A stretch of DNA of 64,000 nucleotides from positions 64,146 to 128,145 of the forward strand of contig DXJL01000156.1 of NCBI GenBank assembly GCA_019057635.1. The letters run 5' to 3'. Both the position numbers and the translations under genes were made by a program. The notes under the pieces are model-generated. The model made no database searches and was not told the DNA's origin. It saw only the letters and a list, made by a program, of their open reading frames with translations. Of this stretch, positions 21,501-29,700 are shown piece by piece. The stretch is from Candidatus Heimdallarchaeota archaeon (GTDB lineage: Archaea; Asgardarchaeota; Heimdallarchaeia; Hodarchaeales; Hodarchaeaceae). How positions within the stretch are numbered: position 1 is the first letter of the stretch; the number at the start of each line of letters is the position of its first letter.

Positions 21501-22496
21501 TTAAATGGCCTACGTGATGCTCTAAACTCTTCCCTTGCATACTATTCTTTAGTTCCCTCCGCTTATATAGTACCGCTTGCATTTAATGGAATTACATCTG
21601 TTTACAATCTAATTCAAACAGAATTTTCCCAATTAGAAGATCCTACTGGGGTAATAACAGAGGAATCTTATAACTTCGCTAGAAATTCAGTAAATTTAGT
21701 AGACATCTTAACTCACAAGAAAACAGAGTCTGAATTCCGAGTGAAGCTTTCTTCTTTACGAGCTTTTACTCCTAATCAACTTACAAAGATACAGGAACTC
21801 GGTGTTGATAACATAATTGATTTATACTTTCGATTAGACTCCGAAAGGTGTCCAAAATCCTTGATACCAGCGATAGATGGTGTTAAGCGAGTTCTTGAGA
21901 AACCTGTTGCAGTTTTACCTCTTGTTAAGGAAACATTCCCCGAAAAAATTCCTTTGCTGTATAATGTTGGTCTAACCTCAATTATAGAATTCTTGTTCTG
22001 GAATAAGGATGAACTGGCTGAAATTCTTGAGGTGAAAAGATATGAAATTTCCAAATATCGAAAAGTCAATCTCTCTGAGTTGAAACGGAAGAAGAATTTG
22101 GGAACTCCTATCCAGAATTTTGTTCGGCTTTCAGAGAAATATTATGAACCACTACATGAATTTGGCATTGACAATATTGAAGATCTGTATTTTAATGGTA
22201 AACGGTATGCTAAATTAATACCTGATGAGCTAGTTCCTCAAAAAGTATTGAATGCCTGCATATCTGACTTAGAAATGCCAGTAGTAAAACTAGCTGAACT
22301 ACCCATACCATCTGCTCAGGAGTTAGTAAAGAAAAGAATCACGAGAATTATTGATTTTATTTATTGGCCTGATGAGGATTTGAAGAAAACCCGTGGTCTT
22401 TCTGCTGCAAAAATAAAGAAGATAAGATCTAATGTTAGATTACGAAGGAAAACTGATGTTTTAGGTCAATTGGACTCCTATATGGGAGGAAATTAA
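15540..22496 (+). CDS. top6B: Giant topoisomerase VI subunit B fused to about 25 tandem (HhH)2-like repeats, 2318 aa
   Basis: The N-terminal 520 aa or so align collinearly with Top6B. The Bergerat/GHKL fold reads …FFQDNKAIAGFDN…VRELVENGLDAAE…DNGSGI…FGRVLTGSNYG…RGRFGLGAK…, and the transducer region reads …GHPFIVEAALAYGG…YRFANRIPLLF…. The remaining 1800 aa form repeated units of about 70 aa with consensus L..xGIxTφxDφφ..P.EL..I.GI…..KI, i.e. two helix-hairpin-helix-like motifs per unit. The ORF runs 6957 nt without a stop. Confidence 0.9.
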   Translation: MSPASKPSKKTITSEKVVRRSAADFFQDNKAIAGFDNSMRVVFTSVRELVENGLDAAERMGHLPELHVTIKKLQKEEIARLLNVKSFESSEKLDFLRLTVRDNGSGIQCEFIPPLFGRVLTGSNYGSRQSRGRFGLGAKMVLLNAMSSVDLPLIIKSKYINEDFTSYHELMINLAENEPIILAQREIPQNTAEAIFESGTEVSVTFTGAWNLASRYIYEYFFQLAMITPYASFFIQYPDSEAPIALERVVEEMPTYPRIAKVHPWGTDITQFKRELSVTNSETMEVFLQEHFQGMGPKIARDFLDFVKIDYLLNPKKLSATAIRRIIHEGFAVPDRDKTKRKDQKYFPFKRPSGDSLSPLSWELLEKGISKELSPQFAKATSGDVSAHSGHPFIVEAALAYGGPNLSKDEGSRGANPKIYRFANRIPLLFGAGNDIISKCVQKMNWKNYKININKAPIAIVVSVVSSKIPFPETSKEYIADVDELRDEIYRVLKKLARGLSQHLGRAERERRENQRQSRFESAAPKVIQNLSQILISENSPYLLTSAEEISKLQKALASAIPRLVRRAYPPSPQISTIGEWLPMDIHLKLVENNIQTIYQFLRTPVPELNRITGMSVERIDAIVRKTVTKQEQTYRSPIIREFEFFSKEIERDFSKYRNSNTIHKSLNKRWIVNAFDFFSTPASQLREVDEFPEKLVYETKIKTISEFSESTSDDTFSLELLPWITGDIEKGFNSAKIKNILEYLVTFPEKLSSIPKLAIRLIENAKEEIREGVKEGYIDPEKVIGASTFDWMDYHVTPKLRGRKISKIIEFLNTPSEKLAELNELIDNLIIKSKHKLKEAFHSYNDKTSLFRIPGIHESMLSDLDRLNVQGFIDFLLINEKDLLIVRGLIDALILIKQDEILDEINSTFDPVPIKKAYWLDLELEKILLKKGISTIFDFISYPTTELRKIKGMDSMVLETIKKTYGTPITLLDSAAVGKLESLEILCLEELISVLSRNKIKPKPLSDKVKGILEQLKVPICYLPIPSKYYALLHHLGISKVINFLIWPDHDLHRKSGISYKIIEDIKSKITLESIQKQILLKKRPISILANNLEGKYWAKLLNSDLSVQELYYNLPYNESSIQKLQLTQKETNMLIDLFNTPITRLSHIRPRWVDSLRSGGIKSFIDFISWSPDEIAGIIGRDTEYVSELTKNIPKFSDGMALIDLGVFTAAEMKTLKTRGYSTVESVYFCADKQTFGIMGVKWKKIERYQRILETPIAMIQLQASSDESQIRFSHDGLEGLANNGIDQIIKLIYWPPNELKSILNISQKRIDELKQAVAIKEHGMPLEQVAGYNRKTISTLTNYGIETVEDLYFSANEDMLDEEDDLDFSYVNKSIEALDLPITYLNGIIPTKYVEKLVNYRLDTILRFLISSPNELSTVLETPPENVENLRNKINLMRLRESTETSVSIIEGLTRQQTRALAEENILSIYKFLTTPDEQIANIIEIEPEFLKTMKLELNFAGIKTIKEEKMIPLTKISLFDKNTVKKFARYGIESLADLYYVATPKSIEESDLEWQTILDTRLVLEMPIETSTIITKSELKAFHQKKIYSIFDLMIDSWEELNKKTGIEIERIKKIQDSIRINEIINLLKNLSIERIDFPLDYLQKINAKNLTTVYNLLISTEEDLFLKKHKEKKIRVTTELWTELFTILAIPLYLILGSDNEDVKKLKQKKVDTIRHVYSIDSEKLTNILGQPAETLYSELSNLDTKELNQLLAIPISFIPSLPIEWFFSLRNDSILRVGDFIRLNHRDLVSLVSASFPKIRSVFNDINFASLMKKLEEEAIEVTKLSGVLPPQTIKKLSTKGITSLQALILFSSDESKLDGVDDFLRILDGPINRLSEEFQVADLRKMSNSGITTLASWFSAPNDGLSTILRMRCKEINDLKQNFNFELAGKAVDSEITVSSIIESGFIDFSELSSHKVNTLEDLLFIEIERIDASDQFKSRLNGLRDALNSSLAYYSLVPSAYIVPLAFNGITSVYNLIQTEFSQLEDPTGVITEESYNFARNSVNLVDILTHKKTESEFRVKLSSLRAFTPNQLTKIQELGVDNIIDLYFRLDSERCPKSLIPAIDGVKRVLEKPVAVLPLVKETFPEKIPLLYNVGLTSIIEFLFWNKDELAEILEVKRYEISKYRKVNLSELKRKKNLGTPIQNFVRLSEKYYEPLHEFGIDNIEDLYFNGKRYAKLIPDELVPQKVLNACISDLEMPVVKLAELPIPSAQELVKKRITRIIDFIYWPDEDLKKTRGLSAAKIKKIRSNVRLRRKTDVLGQLDSYMGGN

Positions 22497-22498
22497 GC

Positions 22499-23908
22499 GT
22501 GTCTGAAAAAAAACAACAAACAATAGTTTTGGAAGATTATTCTTTCAAGAATAAAGTAATTAAAGTGAAAATGGAACAAAATGATACGGTTCAAGGAGTT
22601 ATTGGTCTGATAAAGACTGCTCTTGGACTTAAAAAAGAAAAAATTCATATTTTATTTGGATTGAAGAAATCAAAATCCTTTGAAGTTTTAACAAAAAAGA
22701 GTCTCTCAAAATTATGGGAAATGACTGATCAAGGAGATGTTGTACTCCAGGTTCGTCGGAAAGTAAGCTTAACTGGATTAAAAAAAATAAGAGATACTGT
22801 CCGTGATTCAGATATTGATCTTCCAGTATCCATCTTGAAAGTTGATAATGTTTCTGCTGAAGAAACAAAATCTCGCTTAAATAGAGTCGCTTTAGAATTT
22901 CTGGATGAAATTGCAGAGGATCCACGGAATGCAGCTTTTCGGATTCCCTCCCGAAGTTCTGAAAATGTCGGTTATGATAATAATTCTAGAATGGTTCTTC
23001 TAGGGAGTAATGTTGTTGACAGACAATTCCGTCATTTAAGTAGTGTTCAAAGCGTCGTCCAATTAACTGGTTTAATGCGATATGTTACTGAAATTCTTGC
23101 AACTGAAAAACATGCAACAAAAAGACATTTATTTTATCGTGATGTGAACCTTTTCGGAAATCAAAGAGTTTCTGATGGATTGATCGAGGATCTTGGAGCC
23201 TTACTACGTGTATCGAGAAATTCGTTAAACGTTATTGCTTCTGCGAAAGGAAAAGTTATTGGAAGGCTTTCTTTCACCGAAGGTGGTGATCATATTGATT
23301 GTACGAAAGGATTGGGTGGGCACGCAATTACACCTATGCTTGATCAGGTGGAGAACTTTGATAGTGATGCAGAATTCATGTTAATAATTGAGAAAGATGC
23401 AGTTTTCCAAGATTTAGCGGAGGATAAATTCTTTAATTATCTCCCCTGCATACTAATAACTGCCTCAGGACAACCTGACATGGCTACTCGGTTATTTATA
23501 AAAAAGGCATATCAAGAATTAAAAATTCCTATTTTAGGGTTTTTAGATGCTGATCCTTATGGATTAGACATTTTGAGAGTATATTCAATAGGTAGTAAAG
23601 CTTTGAGTTTTGAAAGTGTTGAGTTGGCTGTACCTGATATTCGATGGTTGGGTTTATTACCTTCTGATATTGAGGAATATCAAATTCCAAAATCGGTTTT
23701 AATTAAAATGACAGAAAATGACAATAAACGGGCTGATGACTTGTTGAAAGAAGATTTTGTCAAATCACGTCCTGAGTGGGAAAAACAGATACTTATTATG
23801 AAAAATACAGGCAATAAAGCTGAAATACAGGCGTTAGCAAGTAAGAATTGGCGGTATATGACTGGAACATATCTTCCGACAAAGATTGATTCAGCAGACT
23901 GGGTATAG
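22499..23908 (+). CDS. top6A: Topoisomerase VI subunit A (Spo11 family) with extra N-terminal domain of about 95 aa, GTG start
   Basis: Toprim DxD motif FLDADPYGLDI. Winged-helix/5Y-CAP region …ATKRHLFYRD…. At 469 aa it is longer than the 370-390 aa typical of Top6A. The N-terminal extension has β-α-β patterning (VIKVKM…TVQGVIGLIKTALGL…IHILFG…DVVLQVRRK). Confidence 0.9.
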   Translation: MSEKKQQTIVLEDYSFKNKVIKVKMEQNDTVQGVIGLIKTALGLKKEKIHILFGLKKSKSFEVLTKKSLSKLWEMTDQGDVVLQVRRKVSLTGLKKIRDTVRDSDIDLPVSILKVDNVSAEETKSRLNRVALEFLDEIAEDPRNAAFRIPSRSSENVGYDNNSRMVLLGSNVVDRQFRHLSSVQSVVQLTGLMRYVTEILATEKHATKRHLFYRDVNLFGNQRVSDGLIEDLGALLRVSRNSLNVIASAKGKVIGRLSFTEGGDHIDCTKGLGGHAITPMLDQVENFDSDAEFMLIIEKDAVFQDLAEDKFFNYLPCILITASGQPDMATRLFIKKAYQELKIPILGFLDADPYGLDILRVYSIGSKALSFESVELAVPDIRWLGLLPSDIEEYQIPKSVLIKMTENDNKRADDLLKEDFVKSRPEWEKQILIMKNTGNKAEIQALASKNWRYMTGTYLPTKIDSADWV

Positions 23909-23920
23909 GTCTTTGGATAT

Positions 23921-24589
23921 ATGTGTCCTCTTACATTCAGCATTTTTCCTGAATTTAAGGAGAATTATTCCTATTATGCCCTCCAAAAAAATCTTGAATT
24001 AGTTGAAAGCGTTGTCCACTTCTCTAGAGGCCAATTCATGGGTCCAGAGAAAATTGAACTAATCAAAGAAAAACTCGGAAAAAAGTTGAAAGGGACCCGT
24101 TTTTACCCAGGAGGATCTAGTGTTCTTTTTGGATGGAGTTTTCCGTCTGAACAAGTAGGAAGGTTGATGTACAAACCATATTATAAACGGCATTTGACTC
24201 AATTGCTTATCCATTATTTTTGTATTGGTGAATTCGTAACTTCACTTAAAGAAATTGATCTAGAACCTGATATGCAAAAAATTCATTTTATGACCCCAAA
24301 AGTAATTGGGATAGCAAAAATAGAGGCTTTTGAAAAAGAATTTCCAACTCTCATTGTTGAAGAAGTCCAAGGTGAAACTATTAAAAAGGATCTGCATTTA
24401 GTGAAAGCTATTAGTCATATAACGAAAAATCTAGGCTTGAAGGGACTTATATGCGACCCATATCCTGCTAATTGGAAGTATTACTCCGACCAAGACAAAA
24501 AACATATTTCTTACATTGATCTCTTTAGTTCAAACACGCTTAAAGATATTAATGCACGCATTGCAAAATTGATTAATCAGTTACAATGA
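23921..24589 (+). CDS. Hypothetical protein, 222 aa (last gene of the topoisomerase cluster)
   Basis: Starts 13 nt after the top6A stop on the same strand. No recognisable motifs. Confidence 0.5.
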   Translation: MCPLTFSIFPEFKENYSYYALQKNLELVESVVHFSRGQFMGPEKIELIKEKLGKKLKGTRFYPGGSSVLFGWSFPSEQVGRLMYKPYYKRHLTQLLIHYFCIGEFVTSLKEIDLEPDMQKIHFMTPKVIGIAKIEAFEKEFPTLIVEEVQGETIKKDLHLVKAISHITKNLGLKGLICDPYPANWKYYSDQDKKHISYIDLFSSNTLKDINARIAKLINQLQ

Positions 24590-24603
24590 GTTGAGAATGA
24601 ATA

Positions 24604-25170
24604 TCAACTCTGGTCACGATACGATACAGCGCGTCTAATAGCAGATGCAAATGCAGAAATAACACCAATGTTCTTAACTGCTGAAGTGGGAAAATATTGA
24701 GCATGCATTTTGTCTGCAAATCTCTGTCCGATATCGTCACTCACTTCCCTGTCAGCCTCTAAATCTACTTTATTACCAATTAGAACAGCTGGACTCTCTG
24801 GAATTACCTTTTTTGCTTCTTTAAACCAACTGGGAAGAGATAAAACTGTGAATTCCCTTGAGATATCAAAAACATAGATTATTGCGTGAGCACCTTCGTA
24901 AAAGAGCGGTCGAACTTTATGAAAGGCGGGTTGGCCTGAGAGATCCCAAAAAATAGCAGTGGTTGTACTTTTTCCTTCACTAGGGCTTTTGAGTTTAATA
25001 AAGGAGATATCTGCGCCAGCTGTAGGTTTATGTTCAAAATTACGTTTAGTAAAGACGGAAACAAGTTGTGTTTTTCCAACTAATGCATCGCCTGCTACAA
25101 CAATTTTATATTGACTATAATGAGGGATTTCAAATAGTATATCATTAGGTGCGGACAAGATAAGAACCAC
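24604..25170 (-). CDS. Ras/Rab-like small GTPase
   Basis: G1 GDALVGKT, G3 WDLSGQ, G4 GNKVDL. Confidence 0.85.
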   Translation of the reverse strand: MVLILSAPNDILFEIPHYSQYKIVVAGDALVGKTQLVSVFTKRNFEHKPTAGADISFIKLKSPSEGKSTTTAIFWDLSGQPAFHKVRPLFYEGAHAIIYVFDISREFTVLSLPSWFKEAKKVIPESPAVLIGNKVDLEADREVSDDIGQRFADKMHAQYFPTSAVKNIGVISAFASAIRRAVSYRDQS

Positions 25171-25415
25171 TCATACATTTAATCTTGAAAATAAGTTTTT
25201 TTTCTTTGAATTGATGATCATATGATAATCCAACTTGAAGTTTATAAGAAACTTTGCTTATTCAGATATCTTTGGTGAAAGGGAATTATTTTTTTCTTCT
25301 TGAAGGAATTCTTCTAAGTGCTTAACACAGAAATACATATTTTTATAGCTTGCATACAAAGGTTCTTGGCACCTAGAGCAAATTTTTTTATCATTCATGG
25401 ATACATCACACTTAA

Positions 25416-26615
25416 CTACGTTTTCTTGTACTTTTTTAAAGCTGAAACGATTTTTTTCATACCAAGATTTAATTGTTCTTTGTTAGCGGTGAAACAGATT
25501 CTAAAGTATTGATTATGCCCTTCTATCTGTTCCATAGAGAAGTAGGAGCCTGGAACTATAGTAACTCCATAATTATACTTCAACCATTTGCAGAAAATTG
25601 TCATATCAAGATTTGCTACCTTTGGAAAAAGGTAAAATGCACCTCGTGGTTTAGAGATCGAAAAGGTATCTGATTTCATGAGAATTTCCAGACACAAATC
25701 TCGACGATCCTGATACGTTTTGACCAGCTCTGAAATCGAACGTTTTAATTGAATTCTATCTTCTAATGCTTTGTAAGCAGCATATTGGGCGAGACTATTC
25801 GCACATATGTTCATGGTATGATGAATTACCTTGATTTGATCAATTATGGGAGAAGGAGCTAATATGTAACCAATTCGGAATCCACACATCGACAACATCT
25901 TGCTAAAGCTTTGAATTATAATTGTTCGTTCCCATGCCTCTGGAAAGGAAGCTATGGATTGATACGCAAGATCATCAAAAACAATATCACTGTAAATCTC
26001 ATCAGAAATGATCAAAAAGTTAAATTCGATTGAAAAATCAACTATTTCCTGTAAAATTTTCTTAGGAATAATTGTACCTGTTGGATTACCAGGACTAATT
26101 AATAATAGTGCTTTAACTGGCTCATTTTCCAGAATTGACCTTAATCTTCCAGCATCAATGTTAAAATTATCATTCACCATAGTCTCAAGTGAGAGAATCT
26201 TTGCATCGTTATACTTGATGGCATTAATATAGGGGGGATAACTTGGGAAGGGAATAATTATATTATCATTAGGGGATAAAATGGCCTTCAATACTGCAAA
26301 TATCGCGCTCTGTCCTCCAGCGGTGACTAAAACTTCTCTAGGCGAATATGTAAGGTTATGAAAAGCTTGTTGAAATGCCACAATTGCTTTTCGGAGATAT
26401 TCTTCACCCATTAGATCTGTATATCTGGTTAAATTCTTATTGAGAGCGTCCACAACGGCTTCCTTAATATAAGCGGGAGTGGAAAGATCTGGTTGTCCTA
26501 TATTCAAATGAATTTGTTCTCTCAGAGGTATCTTTGATTCCCATGAATTAACAAGACGAATTCCCGAGATGGGAGTATCAAGCACAACAGGGTTCATGAA
26601 TTGGTCGTAAAACAA
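25416..26615 (-). CDS. PLP-dependent aminotransferase, class I/II (aspartate aminotransferase family)
   Basis: PLP-lysine motif SFSKMLSMCGFRIGY. Fold-type I size of 399 aa. N-terminal …RLVNSWESKIPL…. Confidence 0.85.
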   Translation of the reverse strand: MFYDQFMNPVVLDTPISGIRLVNSWESKIPLREQIHLNIGQPDLSTPAYIKEAVVDALNKNLTRYTDLMGEEYLRKAIVAFQQAFHNLTYSPREVLVTAGGQSAIFAVLKAILSPNDNIIIPFPSYPPYINAIKYNDAKILSLETMVNDNFNIDAGRLRSILENEPVKALLLISPGNPTGTIIPKKILQEIVDFSIEFNFLIISDEIYSDIVFDDLAYQSIASFPEAWERTIIIQSFSKMLSMCGFRIGYILAPSPIIDQIKVIHHTMNICANSLAQYAAYKALEDRIQLKRSISELVKTYQDRRDLCLEILMKSDTFSISKPRGAFYLFPKVANLDMTIFCKWLKYNYGVTIVPGSYFSMEQIEGHNQYFRICFTANKEQLNLGMKKIVSALKKYKKT

Positions 26616-26714
26616 TGTACATAATCCACGAGAAAAATGTAAATTAAGGTTTGTTCTAAATATCCAAAGGTAATTTTTGAGATGGAGTCATTATTGATTG
26701 AGAGAGAAATGAGA

Positions 26715-27386
26715 TTAATCCCACACTATTGAGTCAAGGACTTTTGAGGCAATATTCACTCCTAAATCGCCTAGAAATGATAAGTCTGAACTATCTTTTT
26801 GAGTACCTAATCTTATACACCTATCCTCAGTTGCGATTGTAATTCCATCATGTGGATCGACCTGGACAAGTGAGTTTTCTCCCTTTCGCACTGATATCTT
26901 CTTTTTATGGATTAAAACAAAGTTATCAGTTGATCCAAGTAGAAATAAATTACTCTTACCGAAAATAATGTATTTTACATCAGAGTCATTATCAATCTGA
27001 ATCTTGGTTTCTTTTTTTGTTAAAGATTTTCTGAGCTTGTAAATTAGTTTGTTTGCTTCGCTCCATATACCTTCTGTCTCATTTGAATCACCATTAACCT
27101 TGTATAAAGATTCTTGGACATCTGCTAGTTCTAATCCGAGAATAGCTAAACTTGATCCTATAAACTCAGTTGTTTCACCTATAGCTCCATGAGAACGTGT
27201 ATAAATGACTGAATCCACAATAACACTAATTTTTCCAATCAAAACAACCCCATTCAGTTCAGAATTACTTTGAAGTTCAACAAAATGCAATTTATCGAGA
27301 TTTCTTACTTTGAAGTATTTTTCATCAAGAATCTCAGGAGAGCCTCTCCAGGAATATAACTCATCCCCTAGTTCGAGTCTGATCAA
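26715..27386 (-). CDS. Hypothetical protein, 223 aa
   Basis: ORF directly downstream of the wHTH gene, 6 nt from it. Weak internal duplication with roadblock-like patterning. No firm family call. Confidence 0.45.
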   Translation of the reverse strand: MIRLELGDELYSWRGSPEILDEKYFKVRNLDKLHFVELQSNSELNGVVLIGKISVIVDSVIYTRSHGAIGETTEFIGSSLAILGLELADVQESLYKVNGDSNETEGIWSEANKLIYKLRKSLTKKETKIQIDNDSDVKYIIFGKSNLFLLGSTDNFVLIHKKKISVRKGENSLVQVDPHDGITIATEDRCIRLGTQKDSSDLSFLGDLGVNIASKVLDSIVWD

Positions 27387-27391
27387 TATAT

Positions 27392-28183
27392 TTATTCCTC
27401 CTCTTCATATTTAGAGTCTGATTCCTCTTCATCAATAATAATTGGAACGCTTACTGGTTTTTTTGCTCTATGATAAAGAAATTCTGCTAGCTTTAATGCT
27501 TCACGTCCTGCAAAGGTTAACATGTATCTTTCTCTAACTCCTTCTTGATGGACCAACCCTTCATCTTTGAGGATTGTAATATGGTGTTTGAAGTTACCAC
27601 CCCGAATATTTGTCTTTTCAGATAGATCAGATTGACGCAAAGGTTCTTTTTCTAACTCTTTCAACATTTGTAATCGTTTTTGATCCGATAATGCACTTAG
27701 AAGTTCAGCGCCTCGTTGATAAAATTGATCTAATTCTTCTTCAGGAATTGAAATGTAAATGTCATTTTTATCACGTTTACTCCTTCTTGTGCGAGGAGTT
27801 GCCGAGGAATGGAATAAAGTTCCAACAGATTGATCTATTGAATCCCAAACGGATTCTAATATACTTCCAATGTATCGTTCCAGTGATGATCCAATATTTT
27901 CGCCCCAATCTTTCCAATCTTCTTCATCCCGTGATCTGCGATGTGGGCGTCTCCGACTTCGGGTTTTTTTCCCTGTCTTTATTTCTGAATCCTTTACATG
28001 TTCGATTTCTTCTCGGATATCATGAAATTCATCTCGAATTTCCCTTTTTAGGTCGGCGAAGAGATTCTTTATTTCATCAAAGTCCCCAGAATTTCTCTTG
28101 GATGAAAATTCATCCTCATCTTTTTCAAATTTATCTGTCAATAATTGATCCTCCAGAAAGCAATCTAAATTTTCACTCAACAT
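27392..28183 (-). CDS. Acidic protein with C-terminal winged-HTH (ArsR/MarR-like) domain, 263 aa
   Basis: C-terminus …QSDLSEKTNIRGGNFKHHITILKDEGLV…RERYMLTFAGREAL… fits a wHTH. The N-terminal half is Glu/Asp/Arg-rich. Confidence 0.5.
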   Translation of the reverse strand: MLSENLDCFLEDQLLTDKFEKDEDEFSSKRNSGDFDEIKNLFADLKREIRDEFHDIREEIEHVKDSEIKTGKKTRSRRRPHRRSRDEEDWKDWGENIGSSLERYIGSILESVWDSIDQSVGTLFHSSATPRTRRSKRDKNDIYISIPEEELDQFYQRGAELLSALSDQKRLQMLKELEKEPLRQSDLSEKTNIRGGNFKHHITILKDEGLVHQEGVRERYMLTFAGREALKLAEFLYHRAKKPVSVPIIIDEEESDSKYEEEE

Positions 28184-28359
28184 ATGTATGAAGATTGCAA
28201 TTTACATGAATGTGTAAAAGTCTTACTATTTCCTTTATATACTCTCCTCTTTTGGCAAAAAATTAGAACTGAAGTCTTACCTGAATTAGTTAAAACATTA
28301 GAAATACTGAAATTCTGTCAGAAAATATCAATAAGTGAGATAGTCTGCAGGAAATGAGA

Positions 28360-29700
28360 TTAAATAACTGTTGATAGCAGTAATAACCAAATTGTTCCAA
28401 GAAACAAATGTATAAGACCTAAAAGACCACCTATTTTCATAAATAGCATGAATGAGATGGGTGAACCTTCTCTATTTGATAAATTGATGGCTAGAATATT
28501 AGCAGGGCTTCCAATAGGTAGAATATTACTTCCTATGTTAACGGCAATTACCAAAGCCCACCATTGAATAGGGCCTATAATTTGGTCCTCTTGAAGATCA
28601 AAGAAAACTGGTGCAAGAGCTGCTGAAATTGGTATATTATCGACAACGGCTGATATTATTCCGATTCCAAATGAAATAAATGGTAGAGAGAAGATTAGGG
28701 GTAGTTCTAGAAACGGTGTTAGGATTTCTCCCAAAATCTTTAAGAGGCCCAGAAGTTCTATCGATCCTACAAGAATAAATAACCCCATAATGAAATAAAT
28801 CGAAATCCATTCAACATCTTCAAATACTTCTTTTGGGTGCATTCCTGAAAAAAGTAATAAACATGCAGCAATGAGAAGCGCGATTTCTGCCGCTTTCAAA
28901 TTGATTATACTTCCAAATATAAAGCCTATTACTAAAGTAATCAATCCAATAATTACTACGAAGAAAGTTCTTCGGTCTTCAACTAATATGTTGGGGTCAA
29001 GGAGAAATATGTCCTCTACTAGGATTTTCGGAGGATCTACGAAAGAGCTGCGGGCAAAAAGATAATAAACTGGGATTGCAGTGATAAAAAGTATTATACT
29101 TAACGGACCCATTACTACAACAAAGTCAAGGAAACTAGCACCGCTTTTTTCCGCAAGCACTATATTTGGGATACTACCGACAAGAGAGGATATCGAAGCA
29201 AAATTCGCCGTTATTGCTTCAATAATAAGCATTGGTCGGAAATCAAATTCTAAAATCTTGTAAATCTCCACTGTTAAGGGTGCGATTATTAACATCGTGG
29301 TTATTACATCAAAAACGAAGCTAATGACAAATGTTAAAAGGGATAATGATAGTAAGAGTGTTCTTGGATTGCCTCTAGTAAACCTTACAATTAAAATTGA
29401 AATATATTGAAATAATCCTGATTTACTGGAGATAATAGTGATAATCATCATTGCCGTTATAAAAATTATAGTATTCCATTCTACTTTGGCAACAATTGTA
29501 TGAAATTCTATTGGATGACCTTCAAACGGCCATTGGCTTACGATAAGCAGGATGGATAATGCACTTGCCCCTAGAAGTGCCGAAATTGGTCGATGTAGTT
29601 TTTCGCTCGAAATTAGAATGTAAGTTGCTATGAAGATTAAAAGGCCGATAAGTTGCACTGTTTGATCTTCCATTAAGAACCACTTCATATATTCTCGCAA
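28360..29700 (-). CDS. Polytopic membrane transporter (ion-transporter superfamily, ArsB/NhaD/CitMHS-like)
   Basis: 446 aa with about 10-12 hydrophobic helices and an internal two-fold repeat. No soluble domains. Confidence 0.55.
   Translation of the reverse strand: MREYMKWFLMEDQTVQLIGLLIFIATYILISSEKLHRPISALLGASALSILLIVSQWPFEGHPIEFHTIVAKVEWNTIIFITAMMIITIISSKSGLFQYISILIVRFTRGNPRTLLLSLSLLTFVISFVFDVITTMLIIAPLTVEIYKILEFDFRPMLIIEAITANFASISSLVGSIPNIVLAEKSGASFLDFVVVMGPLSIILFITAIPVYYLFARSSFVDPPKILVEDIFLLDPNILVEDRRTFFVVIIGLITLVIGFIFGSIINLKAAEIALLIAACLLLFSGMHPKEVFEDVEWISIYFIMGLFILVGSIELLGLLKILGEILTPFLELPLIFSLPFISFGIGIISAVVDNIPISAALAPVFFDLQEDQIIGPIQWWALVIAVNIGSNILPIGSPANILAINLSNREGSPISFMLFMKIGGLLGLIHLFLGTIWLLLLSTVI

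Noticed and set aside
15540-22496. The 7-kb ORF could be an assembly chimera or a mis-merged pair of genes (top6B plus a separate repeat protein).
   Set aside because: A single uninterrupted frame of 6957 nt is very unlikely by chance in AT-rich sequence. The join between the transducer and the first repeat has no stop, no start context and no frameshift signal. This still deserves read-level confirmation.
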